Assembly (NCBI GenBank): GCA_903847095.1 | Contig: CAINCQ010000024.1 | Location: 126,618 to 190,617, forward strand | Direction of reading: 5' to 3' | From: an uncultured bacterium | Lineage (GTDB): Bacteria; Patescibacteriota; Minisyncoccia; Minisyncoccales; UBA5738 | DNA: 64,000 bases | Shown here: positions 48,892 to 58,281 of the stretch, one piece after another | How the letters are laid out: each line of letters starts with the position of its first letter | How positions within the stretch are numbered: position 1 is the first letter of the stretch | Made by a program: the position numbers and the translations under genes | The notes under the pieces: model-generated | The model's database searches: none | What the model was told of the DNA's origin: nothing | The model's input: the letters and a program-made list of their open reading frames with translations, nothing else

Positions 48892-48909
48892 ATCAAACGA
48901 CAGACCAAC

Positions 48910-49749
48910 ATGGACAAAAAAGAATTCAAAGATTTTTTCGAACCTTATTCAAAAAACGTCGATAATGCCAACACGCAGGCCTTTTGGAAATTGTCGGACG
49001 CGTTGATCTTGGAAATCATCAAGCAAAATATTCCGGCGGATGATTCCCGCGATAGCGTTATTTTTGATGCCGGCGGCGGAACGGGCCGATGGATTTGCGA
49101 TCTGGCCAAGGTTTATGAAGCCGATTTTATTTTATACGATCTATCCGAAGACATGCTGGCTGTGGCAAAAAACAATATCGCTAAAGCCGGGATTGAGCCG
49201 CGCGTAAATTTAATTCAAGGCGATCTGGCCGATATCAAATCGGTGCCGGATTCATCGGTTGACCACATTATCAGTATTTACAGTCCAATCAGTTTTATAG
49301 AAAAAAAAGAGAGAGCGGCGGCCGAGCTTTTCCGGATCTTAAAGAAAGGCGGTACAATATTGATAATGGGGCATGGATATTGCAACGCCCTGGCTTCAAA
49401 GATCAACAACTATGCGGCCGGGCCCCGGGAGCTGCGGCAAATTGCCGCCGGATCCATGGTTAAATGGGGCGATTCCGTACCCAAGCTCAATATATTTTCG
49501 CAGGAATCGATGGAGGCGCTGCTGGCGGATGCCGGTTTTACGCCGGTTCGCACTTACGGCGTGCCGGTGTTCGTCCAGCCTGGCAACGAGGATTTTGACG
49601 CGGCCAATTCCGCGAAGAGCCGTATTTCGGCAGCGCTGGAAGATCCCGCTTTTTATAACCAGGTATTTCAAACAGAAATGGAATTCAATTGTAAAAAAAC
49701 AATTGCCAACCGCGGAATGAACATATTCTCGGTGGCTAAAAAACAATGA
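48910..49749 (+). CDS. Class I SAM-dependent methyltransferase
   Basis: motif I VIFDAGGGTGRW, motif II-like ILYDLSEDML, post-I acidic residue. Confidence 0.65.
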   Translation: MDKKEFKDFFEPYSKNVDNANTQAFWKLSDALILEIIKQNIPADDSRDSVIFDAGGGTGRWICDLAKVYEADFILYDLSEDMLAVAKNNIAKAGIEPRVNLIQGDLADIKSVPDSSVDHIISIYSPISFIEKKERAAAELFRILKKGGTILIMGHGYCNALASKINNYAAGPRELRQIAAGSMVKWGDSVPKLNIFSQESMEALLADAGFTPVRTYGVPVFVQPGNEDFDAANSAKSRISAALEDPAFYNQVFQTEMEFNCKKTIANRGMNIFSVAKKQ

Positions 49750-50777
49750 TAAGTCCGATAATTCCCGATAAATTAAAAATTGGCGATACGATTGCGCTGG
49801 TGAGTCCATCGGCGGGTTTGGCTCCTTTTGCCATGCATCGTATCGATTCGGCGGTATCTTTTTTCAAAGATCAGGGCTTTAAAGTAAAGATCGCCAAAAA
49901 CGCTTTGCAGAATGCCGGCTATGTTTCGGCTACGGCCAAAGAGAGGGCCAAGGATTTGAATGAAGTTTTTGCCGATCCTAAAGTCAAATGCGTGATGACT
50001 ACGATCGGCGGGAACCATTCCAACCAAATCTTGCCGTTTATCGATTGGATTACGATCAAAAACAATCCTAAAATATTCATTGGCTATTCCGATATCACGG
50101 TGTTGCACAGCGCGATCTTTGCCCAAACCGGCTTGCAGACTTATTATGGACCGTGCGCGATGACCCAATTCGGCGAGAACCCGAAAGTGTTCGATTACAC
50201 GTGGGAAAATTTTAAACGGGTGTTGTTCGCGGGACCGGCCGAAAAAAAGATCGAGGTTAAGCCGTCGGAATTTTTTTGCGAAGATACGTCTTTGGATTGG
50301 TTTAAAAGAGAAGACTTAATCCGTCCGCGAAAGATCGAAAAAAACGGGGGCTGGGCTTGGTGGCGGGAGGGCCGCGCGGAAGGGAGAATCGCGGGCGGTT
50401 GTGTTCCTTCAATCAATCATTTGTTGGGGACTAAATATTGGAACGACCCGAGGGGCTCGGTTTTTTTCATCGATATTCCGGAAGGCGCGTCTTATGATTT
50501 GGGGTTGGCGGTCAGCGAAGCGGATTCTTGTTTGGCCGACTTGGCCAACGCCGGGGTTTTTGACGATATCGCCGGTTTGGTCGTCGGGCGGCCCTACCGG
50601 TATTCGGAAGAGGAATCAAAAAAGCTCCGGGAGATCATCATCGGATACGCGCAAAACAAGGATTATCCGATTCTCGCGAACGTCAATATCGGTCACGTTG
50701 ATCCTATTATTACCTTGCCTTACGGGGCGCCGGCCGTTCTGGATTCGGAAGCCGGCAGATTTAGTTTCGAGCACTAG
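49746..50777 (+). CDS. S66 family LD-carboxypeptidase (LdcA/MccF-like)
   Basis: nucleophile motif GYSDITVLH, C-terminal His region NVNIGHVDPIITLPYG; ATGA overlap with the upstream methyltransferase. Confidence 0.7.
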   Translation: MISPIIPDKLKIGDTIALVSPSAGLAPFAMHRIDSAVSFFKDQGFKVKIAKNALQNAGYVSATAKERAKDLNEVFADPKVKCVMTTIGGNHSNQILPFIDWITIKNNPKIFIGYSDITVLHSAIFAQTGLQTYYGPCAMTQFGENPKVFDYTWENFKRVLFAGPAEKKIEVKPSEFFCEDTSLDWFKREDLIRPRKIEKNGGWAWWREGRAEGRIAGGCVPSINHLLGTKYWNDPRGSVFFIDIPEGASYDLGLAVSEADSCLADLANAGVFDDIAGLVVGRPYRYSEEESKKLREIIIGYAQNKDYPILANVNIGHVDPIITLPYGAPAVLDSEAGRFSFEH

Positions 50778-50814
50778 CCGTTTCCATTAAAAAAACCCCG
50801 GATTTTTTCCGAGG

Positions 50815-51924
50815 TTAAAATAGGCTGGCATAAAGCTGGGTGCCTAAACCGCTTACAAACAATCTTTCTTTTTGGTTACAGAGCAATTTCTTCATCCAGT
50901 CGCTGGCTCCTCCGTCTACGAGGGGATAGGTTGCGCCGCCGGAGTTTTTCGCGGTTATTTTAAAACAGAGGCCGCGATAGTATCCGATGCCGGCGCAACG
51001 GGCGAGGTTGTATTGGAACCGGATGTCCGGATACGCGAGGCGCATGGTTTCGATTTCTTTTTCTTCCAGCAGCTTGAGCCGTTTAAGTTCGTGTCCGATT
51101 TTTGATTTTGAGCTTGTTGGCATCGGCAATTTTTCGGTGATTTCGGGCAGGTCGATGCCGTACTGCTCAAACGGATGGAAGTCCGGATCTTGCGTCCGCC
51201 GCATCAATTCTTTTTTTTCAACCGAGCCTTGCGCCGCCAGTTGTTCTATGATGTTGATATTGGAGACAGCCACCGTGATTTCTTTTGGCGCGTAGCCCAG
51301 TCTTCTCGAATTCTGCAAAAATCGGATCCAGATCTCCAAATGGGCGGCCAGCGATACGGCGGCAAAATTTTCGCGTCCGTAATTCTTACCCGAACTGGCC
51401 AGGCAAAATGATCTGAAGTGAGGTTTGAAACCGGATTTATCGGTGAACAATTGCAGCCGCAAGGAGCGGTGGCTCGTAGCCAAATGTATTTCTTCGATGT
51501 CGTTTTGCTGCCTTCTTTTGCGGGCGCATTCCAACGCCAGCGCGGTGGTCGGGTCGGCGTTCACTTCGACGCTTCGGATGGTTTCCAGAACCACTTTGGG
51601 GCTGATCTTTGTCAGGGCGCAGTTTGAACCGATAGCGCTCACCGGCGATAATTCGATATCTTCGAACCGGTCCGGCAATATCTTATAAATCAAAGAGTCG
51701 ATTTCCAACAAGTCTCTCTGTCCGGTATTGGCCGGCTGGCACAAACGGTTATTCTCGTAATTTTTTATTACGTCCAGCGGGGTAAGTTTGGCGACCTTTT
51801 TTTCCATAATAGGGAGAAGCAAGGTCGTAAGGTCCCGCCAAGATAGTTGTCCCGCTGTTTTTATGACCGGGTAGCCGTTGAACGGCTCCAGTATCCTTTC
51901 CAGGATCTTTTTTTTATTCATCAT
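50815..51924 (-). CDS. Hypothetical protein with weak class II aaRS (HisRS/HisZ-like) motif resemblance
   Basis: AAGGAAGTGA RBS before the MM start; HFRSF...GRENF and GIGYYRGL...GG loosely resemble HisRS motifs 2 and 3; assignment is tentative. Confidence 0.3.
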   Translation of the reverse strand: MMNKKKILERILEPFNGYPVIKTAGQLSWRDLTTLLLPIMEKKVAKLTPLDVIKNYENNRLCQPANTGQRDLLEIDSLIYKILPDRFEDIELSPVSAIGSNCALTKISPKVVLETIRSVEVNADPTTALALECARKRRQQNDIEEIHLATSHRSLRLQLFTDKSGFKPHFRSFCLASSGKNYGRENFAAVSLAAHLEIWIRFLQNSRRLGYAPKEITVAVSNINIIEQLAAQGSVEKKELMRRTQDPDFHPFEQYGIDLPEITEKLPMPTSSKSKIGHELKRLKLLEEKEIETMRLAYPDIRFQYNLARCAGIGYYRGLCFKITAKNSGGATYPLVDGGASDWMKKLLCNQKERLFVSGLGTQLYASLF

Positions 51925-52075
51925 CTTCACTTCCTTTGGCTTTAAATGACAAGGTGCTTTTGTTGGTAACGATAATAGACCAAACATAAACCAAGTCAAG
52001 AAAAAATAATGGCCGTAAGCTTGACGCAATACTATTATTATGATTTAATAATTTGGAATCGAGGAGTGTGTTAAA

Positions 52076-52387
52076 GTGAGTCTTAAAGAAGGAATCGAGA
52101 AAGTTTTGGCCCTGCCTAATGCCGGGCGCGAAAGCGTAAACTTGGATGATCCGGAACACCAAGCGCTTGACGCCGACGGATTTCATTATTTAATGAATGA
52201 TGTGCGCAGCCGGAACGATATCGCCTTGGAAGCGTACGCCGTGGAAAGTATGCATGTGATATTAAGCGCCATACCCGGAATAGAATACAAGACGGCGCGT
52301 GCGTACGGCGAAGGTCTGAAGCGTATCCCGGAACAAGAGGGAGTTGTGAGTTTCTGGGTCAGGAGAAAGAAAGCACCTAAACAATAG
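52076..52387 (+). CDS. Hypothetical protein
   Basis: 103-aa ORF with GGAGTG RBS-like sequence. Confidence 0.35.
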   Translation: MSLKEGIEKVLALPNAGRESVNLDDPEHQALDADGFHYLMNDVRSRNDIALEAYAVESMHVILSAIPGIEYKTARAYGEGLKRIPEQEGVVSFWVRRKKAPKQ

Positions 52388-52396
52388 GAGGCTAAA

Positions 52397-52885
52397 ATGA
52401 AATTATTGCTGGAGCTGAGGGAAAACCGGTATTTTTCCGAAGAGAAGATCAAGGAACTTTACCGTCTTGTCAGAGAAATGGGATTGAAAGAAACGAACTT
52501 CCGGGAGCTTCGCGTGAGGCTGATATATCCGTCTAAAAACGCGGAGGGTAACCCCGGAGTTCCTTCGGAAAAAATCGTTTTCCAGGGAAAGTACCGGGAA
52601 ATTTACAGCGATGATACCTTGGCCAATGTTTGTACCCTTAGCGTGGTATTGCAGATAATCGGTGAAGAAATTTTCGGATCGTTTAACATAATCGATCCCT
52701 TGCATCCGGATAAATTCATCGCCAAAACCGAGAATATGCCCTATGGGGAGCTTTTAAAAATTCTCGCTAAGGCGCAAGACATCGGGGCGTTGCCCTGGGA
52801 GGCGAGATCAAGATGGCACAGGTATGATGGATGGAAATCGCTTTTGGGCAAAGTCCAGCATATTGACGACAGGAATGTTCAATAA
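52397..52885 (+). CDS. Hypothetical protein
   Basis: 162-aa ORF with AGGAGG RBS at 52387-52392. Confidence 0.4.
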   Translation: MKLLLELRENRYFSEEKIKELYRLVREMGLKETNFRELRVRLIYPSKNAEGNPGVPSEKIVFQGKYREIYSDDTLANVCTLSVVLQIIGEEIFGSFNIIDPLHPDKFIAKTENMPYGELLKILAKAQDIGALPWEARSRWHRYDGWKSLLGKVQHIDDRNVQ

Positions 52886-52889
52886 TCAA

Positions 52890-52914
52890 GCGGATCAAAA
52901 AATCCGTTTTTTAT
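52890..52914 (+). terminator. Rho-independent terminator
   Basis: gcggatcaaaaaatccgtttttt. Confidence 0.55.
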
Positions 52915-52976
52915 TTTCGGTCTTTGGTCGGCCGGATTCCCGGGAGGCCGGATCTTCACGGGTTTGCGTCTTAGTG

Positions 52977-53005
52977 CTTGACAAAATAATAGTATACTGT
53001 TATGT
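52977..53005 (+). promoter_or_regulatory. Sigma-70-like promoter (TTGACA-17-TATGTT)
   Basis: cttgacaaaataatagtatactgttatgtt upstream of the ORF at 53054. Confidence 0.4.
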
Positions 53006-53053
53006 TATTATTTGTTTCCGCCCGGTATGGCGGACGAAAAAGGAGTGTCAAAA

Positions 53054-53698
53054 ATGTCAGAGAAAGAGAAGGAAAAGAAAACAACGTTTGGCGGTATAAG
53101 GATAACGACTGAGTCAGAGAAAAAAGAAGACCCATTCGATAAGCTCTTCGATCTGGGTAAAGAGCGACCGGAAGCAGAAGAGGGGGAGGAGAAGGAGGAA
53201 GAAAGTCCTTTCCAGAAACAGCTCACCGGGATCCTGGATCTCCTCGGGAACATCGACGGGATGCCAGCGGAGATGCTCCAGGCTATGATTGAACCGGCCT
53301 ACGGCAGCATATCCGAAAAGGTCAAACCGCTTCTCGAGCTCCTGCCAATTTTGACGGAACTGGTTGGTAAAGACCTGGATCCGCTGATCCTTGCGGCTCT
53401 CAAGCTTTCCAACAATTCGGGGGAAAGCCCAGAAGTCAAAGCTGAACGCAAGATCAACCGGAAGCTTAAAGCGGAGGAAAGGAAGGAGCGATACGACGCC
53501 TATTTCCAGGTCGGATTCACGGAGGACCAGGCGATGACGTTGCTACTCAACGATATCGCCCGCAGCTCCGGCGGCCTGGTCGCGCAGTTTGCCTCAAAGG
53601 CTGCCGCATCGGCAGTAAGCGATGCATCGAATCCAGTGGTCAAAATCGTTAAGAACCAGGCAAAAGAAAAGATTCCAAGAAGCAGGGGTAAAAAATAG
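53054..53698 (+). CDS. Hypothetical acidic (Glu/Lys-rich) protein
   Basis: AAAGGAGTG RBS 7 nt before the ATG at 53054; highly charged N-terminus. Confidence 0.4.
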   Translation: MSEKEKEKKTTFGGIRITTESEKKEDPFDKLFDLGKERPEAEEGEEKEEESPFQKQLTGILDLLGNIDGMPAEMLQAMIEPAYGSISEKVKPLLELLPILTELVGKDLDPLILAALKLSNNSGESPEVKAERKINRKLKAEERKERYDAYFQVGFTEDQAMTLLLNDIARSSGGLVAQFASKAAASAVSDASNPVVKIVKNQAKEKIPRSRGKK

Positions 53699-54092
53699 GT
53701 CCTTAAAAAGGACAACCAGACAGGCAGATTAATGCCTGTTTTTTCGTTACCGGCCGGGGTATTTCCGGCGTTTTTTTGTCCAGATTTGAAAACCGGCGGG
53801 AAACCGGCTTTGGCTTTAAATATAAAATAAGAGCAATAAATCGAAATAAATACTATTAGCAGGCCGGAGAAGAGAGTGGGCCAAGCAGTCACTTTTCGCA
53901 AAAGATTATCCGTAAATATTGTATTTACTTTATTGCAGACCGCGTTCCGGTGCTTTCCAAACGGCTTGTATTGACAGAGTTATATTTTTATGATTAAATA
54001 TAAACAAAAGCCGGCAAATTTCGGGAGTGATTAAAGTGACAGAAAACAAAAAGGATGCAGGAACAGAAAAGACATTGGCAAGAGGAAAGATT

Positions 54093-54416
54093 ATGGAAAA
54101 TAAGGTCTACGCGGCAGCAGTGATCGGTTTCATTTTAGGCGTAGCGCTGACGGCAGTTTTCTTCATGGGGTCCCAGCATTATCAAGCTACAGAGGAGTTG
54201 AGGATGGCGGGGATCGTAATTTCGGATCTGCCCAGCCAGACGATAATTGATTTCCCGAAAGAGGAAACCGAGTTAGTCCGGTTTAAAGAGGGCGGAAGAA
54301 TCGATCTCGTTGCCAAGAGCCGCAATGGCGTATTTTTGGCCAGGACGCTAAACGGTAGCTCTCGGCTGCCATTGGCATACGTGATTACCTGGGAAATCCC
54401 AGCAACCGCAGCTTGA
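54093..54416 (+). CDS. Hypothetical single-pass membrane protein
   Basis: AGAGGAAAG RBS before the ATG at 54093; one TM helix (VYAAAVIGFILGVALTAVFFM). Confidence 0.35.
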   Translation: MENKVYAAAVIGFILGVALTAVFFMGSQHYQATEELRMAGIVISDLPSQTIIDFPKEETELVRFKEGGRIDLVAKSRNGVFLARTLNGSSRLPLAYVITWEIPATAA

Positions 54417-54434
54417 TCGGTTAGAGGTTAAGGA

Positions 54435-54668
54435 ATGAAAATAGAATTCTTGCCGCCTCCGGACAAAACGCTCTTCTTTATCGGTTTCGCCAAAATTCCC
54501 GTTTTCGTTCGGGGCAGAATTCTTATGAAAAGATTTGGCAAGGCTTATGCGACAAGCTCCGTCATAGAGGAGATTAAAAAGAGAAGGCCGAGCCGGATAA
54601 GAAAAAGGAGATTTCTGCTGGGTTTTGAAACGGAAGTGGTCTATCGCGGCGGTATCCGCCGCGTGTAA
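54435..54668 (+). CDS. Hypothetical basic small protein
   Basis: 77 aa, Arg/Lys-rich. Confidence 0.25.
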   Translation: MKIEFLPPPDKTLFFIGFAKIPVFVRGRILMKRFGKAYATSSVIEEIKKRRPSRIRKRRFLLGFETEVVYRGGIRRV

Positions 54669-54852
54669 GGAAGAAGCCTGTCTACGCGGAGTGGGAGGAA
54701 GAATATTGAGTCCAGTCGCATCGCGGCTGGTTTTTTGTTACCAAAAAAGCGTTTTGGAAGTGTGGAAAACCGTTGATGGATATTTTTTCTCCGTTCACGT
54801 ATAATCGAGGATAACGCGAGCGTATTTTTTTACGCCACCAAGAAGCGGAATC

Positions 54853-55767
54853 ATGAAAATCAAAGAAATAAGCCCGAATATTTGGAATTTTAAGGTGGTT
54901 GGCGGGCAAGACGCGTGGCAAGAGGTGGCTTATTCGGCGCGCATGAGCGGCGTTCCCGAATCGATTCCCGGCGAGCAAATTTTTACGATGATCTTGGAAA
55001 ACGATTACAGCTCGGCGTTGGAGCACGTGATCATCAAATTCGATCTTAAGATGAGCAAGGGCAACGCTCCCGAGTTGCTTGAGCATCGTATGGCCAGCCA
55101 TAGCGGTTTTTCGACCCGTTATATCGCGGCCAGCAAGGGAATGTTGCAGGGGCAATCCGGCCAAAAAGATCTTCTTTTGGAGTTTAAGCAGGAAGACGAA
55201 CTTCATGAGGTGATTATTCCGTGGCATTTGTTATCGGGCCGGCCCGAATTTGAAAAAGAAAAGGAGCGGCTTTTTGAAGCCATCGAAGAAAGCATTATTT
55301 CTTACGAAAGCATGCTTAACCGGGGAATTCCGCGCGAGTTGGCTCGGTACGCGTTGCCGTTTTGCCAGGCGGTGGGTATTTACCATTTTACGATTAACTT
55401 AAGATCGCTTTTAAACTTTTTATCTTTGAGACTATGCGTGCGCGCTTCGGTGGAAATGAGATGTTTGGCCGCGCAACTTTATTTTGCCCTGGAAAAAGAG
55501 TTGCCTATTTTGAAGGGGATGATCGGATGCCGCGGATTTATGCGCGGCGTTTGTCCCGAAAGCGGCGTTACCGGCGTGCGAGTCGGAAAACCGCTTACTT
55601 ATTATCCTGTTTGTCCTTTTCGCGCGGAGGGCAGTAAAACTTATATTCCCACCCAGAAAGAATTTTTAAAAAATGGAAAGGTTGGCGGTTTTGACCCGGA
55701 GGCCGCCCAAAAAATAAGGGAAGTTATTTATTGGCAATGGACCGAGTGGGGCGGAGTAGCGGGTTAA
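54853..55767 (+). CDS. thyX: Flavin-dependent thymidylate synthase ThyX
   Basis: ThyX motif LEHRMASHSGFSTRYI (RHRxxS...SxRY-like); upstream ALEHVIIKFDLKMS. Confidence 0.6.
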   Translation: MKIKEISPNIWNFKVVGGQDAWQEVAYSARMSGVPESIPGEQIFTMILENDYSSALEHVIIKFDLKMSKGNAPELLEHRMASHSGFSTRYIAASKGMLQGQSGQKDLLLEFKQEDELHEVIIPWHLLSGRPEFEKEKERLFEAIEESIISYESMLNRGIPRELARYALPFCQAVGIYHFTINLRSLLNFLSLRLCVRASVEMRCLAAQLYFALEKELPILKGMIGCRGFMRGVCPESGVTGVRVGKPLTYYPVCPFRAEGSKTYIPTQKEFLKNGKVGGFDPEAAQKIREVIYWQWTEWGGVAG

Positions 55768-55792
55768 TGAAAATCACCACACGGGGAATTTT

Positions 55793-57025
55793 ATGCAAAA
55801 AATAAACGAACTGGTAAAAAAACATAACGAATGGAGAAATAGTTGCGTCAATCTGATCGCGTCGGAGAACGTGATGTCGCCGGCGTGCGAAAAAATGTAC
55901 GTATCCGACTTGATGCACCGTTATGCCGAAGGCACACCGTTCCACCGTTTCTACCGGGGATTGAAATATGTTGACGAAATCGAAAGCTTGGTTCAGGAGG
56001 AATTCAAAAATCATTTTGGCGCCAATTTCGCCGACATCCGGCCGATTTCGGGAACCATTGCCAATTATGCCGCTTTTTCCGGTATTTCGGAGCGCCAAGA
56101 CAAGATCTTGTCGTTGGGCATCGAGAATGGGTCGCACGTATCCCACGAAAAAGCGGGTGCCGCCGGTTTCCTTGGATTGGAGGTTGATACTTTGTGTTAT
56201 GACAACGATCTTTCCATGGATTTGGAAAAAAGCGCGGAAAAAATCCTAGCCGTTAAACCTAGATTCATCGTGATCGGAGGTTCGGTGATCCTTTTCCCCC
56301 AGCCGGTGAAGGAATTGAAGGTTGTGTGCGATAAGGTGGGCGCGAAAATTATTTATGACGCGGCGCATGTGTTCGGCCTGATCGCCGCCGGGGTTTTTCA
56401 AGACCCCTTGAAAGAAGGCGCCGATATTATTACCACCTCCACCCACAAAACGTTTCCCGGTCCGCAGGGCGGATTGATTTTGGGAAATATTGACGAGTTT
56501 ACCGCTAAAACGATCCAGCTCCGGGTTTTTCCGGGCTTCTCGTCGAACCACCATCTGCACCGGATACCGGCGCTTTATTGCGCTTTAAAAGAAATGCAGG
56601 CGTATGGCTTGGATTACGCGGGCCAAATTGTGAAAAACAGCCAGGCGTTGGCGCGGGAACTTTTCGACAACGGATTCAAAGTGTTGGGGGAAAAGAAAGG
56701 TTTTACCCAAACGCACCAGGTTGTCGTGGACTTTGAAAGGCCGGGCGCGGGCCATGAAGCGGCGGCAAAATTGGAGGAGGTAAACATTATTTTGAATAAA
56801 AACATCATCCCGGGGTTAAACCAAAGCCCAAAAATGCCGCGCGGTATCCGGATCGGCGTCCAGGAAATGACGAGGTTCGGTATGAAAGAGGGGGAAATGA
56901 AAGAGATCGCCAGGCTGATCAAAGAAGCGATGCGCGACGAGCGGGGATTGGAAGAAATCAAAAAAGACGTGATCGGTTTGCGTTCGGGTTTTCAAATCGT
57001 CCGATATTGTTTCAATGAAGAGTGA
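55793..57025 (+). CDS. glyA: Serine hydroxymethyltransferase
   Basis: NLIASENVMS, PLP-Lys region TTSTHKTFPGPQGG. Confidence 0.8.
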   Translation: MQKINELVKKHNEWRNSCVNLIASENVMSPACEKMYVSDLMHRYAEGTPFHRFYRGLKYVDEIESLVQEEFKNHFGANFADIRPISGTIANYAAFSGISERQDKILSLGIENGSHVSHEKAGAAGFLGLEVDTLCYDNDLSMDLEKSAEKILAVKPRFIVIGGSVILFPQPVKELKVVCDKVGAKIIYDAAHVFGLIAAGVFQDPLKEGADIITTSTHKTFPGPQGGLILGNIDEFTAKTIQLRVFPGFSSNHHLHRIPALYCALKEMQAYGLDYAGQIVKNSQALARELFDNGFKVLGEKKGFTQTHQVVVDFERPGAGHEAAAKLEEVNIILNKNIIPGLNQSPKMPRGIRIGVQEMTRFGMKEGEMKEIARLIKEAMRDERGLEEIKKDVIGLRSGFQIVRYCFNEE

Positions 57026-57114
57026 CCGCTTTTGGTTGGCCTTGACATTGTGAGCGTTATGTGATAACATGCTGCTATTGAGTTGCTTGATAATAAACAA
57101 AGGAGGGCAAACGG

Positions 57115-57249
57115 ATGGAAAAAGAAGCCAAAGAAGCCAAAGAAGGACGGGCTGAAAATGGGCTTGATTGTCCCGACGGAGGCGGTTGCCGGTTCGCCAA
57201 TCCGGCGCTGGAAGAGGTCGCGAGACTTGCAGGGTCCAATAAACGTTAG
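57115..57249 (+). CDS. Hypothetical 44-aa Cys-containing small protein
   Basis: strong SD AAGGAGGG 6 nt upstream of the ATG; MEKEAKEAKEGRAENGLDCPDGGGCRFANPALEEVARLAGSNKR; too short for the ORF track. Confidence 0.3.
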   Translation: MEKEAKEAKEGRAENGLDCPDGGGCRFANPALEEVARLAGSNKR

Positions 57250-57439
57250 CAAGGGAGCGGACGCTCTCTTTTTTCATAACCCGGCGGAGTATTGCAATTC
57301 GATTAAAAATTTTTTAAGATAAGCTTGTAATCCAATTATTATCCCTAGAGGAAGTAGGTGTTCTCAACTGGTTCTTAAATTCGTTAGAACTTAAGTGAGC
57401 TAAGTGAGTGGTCGCCCTACTAAGTAAACAAACAAACAA

Positions 57440-57745
57440 ATGAACAAGAAATTATACGTTGGTGGTTTATCTTACAGCACCACTCAAGATGTTTTGAAAG
57501 AAGGATTTTCCAAGGCAGGGACCGTTGAATCGGCGATTGTTATCACCGATAAAATGTCCGGCCGCTCGAAAGGTTTTGGTTTTGTCGAGTTCGCGACCGA
57601 AGATGATGCCCAGAAAGCCATCGAAATGTTCAACGGAAACGATTTCGACGGACGCAAAGTCACCGTGAGCGAAGCAAGGCCCATGGAAGAACGTCCGAGA
57701 AGGAATTTTGACCGTGGAGAAAGAGGTTTTGGCAGAGACGAATAA
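57440..57745 (+). CDS. RRM-type RNA-binding protein (glycine/arginine-rich C-terminus)
   Basis: RNP2 LYVGGL and RNP1 KGFGFVEF. Confidence 0.85.
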   Translation: MNKKLYVGGLSYSTTQDVLKEGFSKAGTVESAIVITDKMSGRSKGFGFVEFATEDDAQKAIEMFNGNDFDGRKVTVSEARPMEERPRRNFDRGERGFGRDE

Positions 57746-57765
57746 GGTTGATCTTATTGGCAAAC

Positions 57766-57795
57766 TCCCCCGCATTTCGCGGGGGTTTTTGTTTT
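57766..57795 (+). terminator. Rho-independent terminator
   Basis: ctcccccgcatttcgcgggggtttttgtttt. Confidence 0.65.
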
Positions 57796-57905
57796 AATAC
57801 GCCTGGCAGTGCTATAATGTATAAATTAAAGAGCGAACGGGTCGTTTTAGGCGGGTTATTTCCGTTAAGCGCGGAAAATACCGCTGGATCCGTTTCCTAA
57901 ATATT

Positions 57906-58262
57906 ATGGAAGATACTCAAAAAACCGAAGCGGCTGTTGCCGCCGCAGAAGAAAAACCGCAGGAGAAAAAGATCAATGCCATGGCGTTGATCAGTTATAT
58001 CGGCGTCTTAAGCCTTGTTCCGTATCTGGCTCAGGAAAAGGACGGGTTCGCACGGTTTCATGCCAAACAGGGATTGGTGCTTTTTATCGGCGAGGCCGCT
58101 ACTTGGGTTTTATTGGTAGTTCCGTTTTTCGGGCTTTTGGCGGCCAATATTTTGAGTTTGGCGTGGCTCGTTCTTTCGGTGCTCGGTATTATCAATGTCG
58201 TTAACAATAAAAAGGAGAAATTGCCGGTGATCGGTGATCTGGCCGATCGGCTCAAGTTTTAA
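57906..58262 (+). CDS. DUF4870 family small membrane protein
   Basis: conserved RFHAKQG motif between TM helices. Confidence 0.5.
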   Translation: MEDTQKTEAAVAAAEEKPQEKKINAMALISYIGVLSLVPYLAQEKDGFARFHAKQGLVLFIGEAATWVLLVVPFFGLLAANILSLAWLVLSVLGIINVVNNKKEKLPVIGDLADRLKF

Positions 58263-58281
58263 AAAAGGGGAAAATAAATCA

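Noticed and set aside
50815-51924. Confident call of the convergent protein as HisRS/HisZ
   Set aside because: The motif 2 and motif 3 resemblance is weak and cannot be verified without profile searches; it is reported only as a tentative aaRS-like hypothetical.
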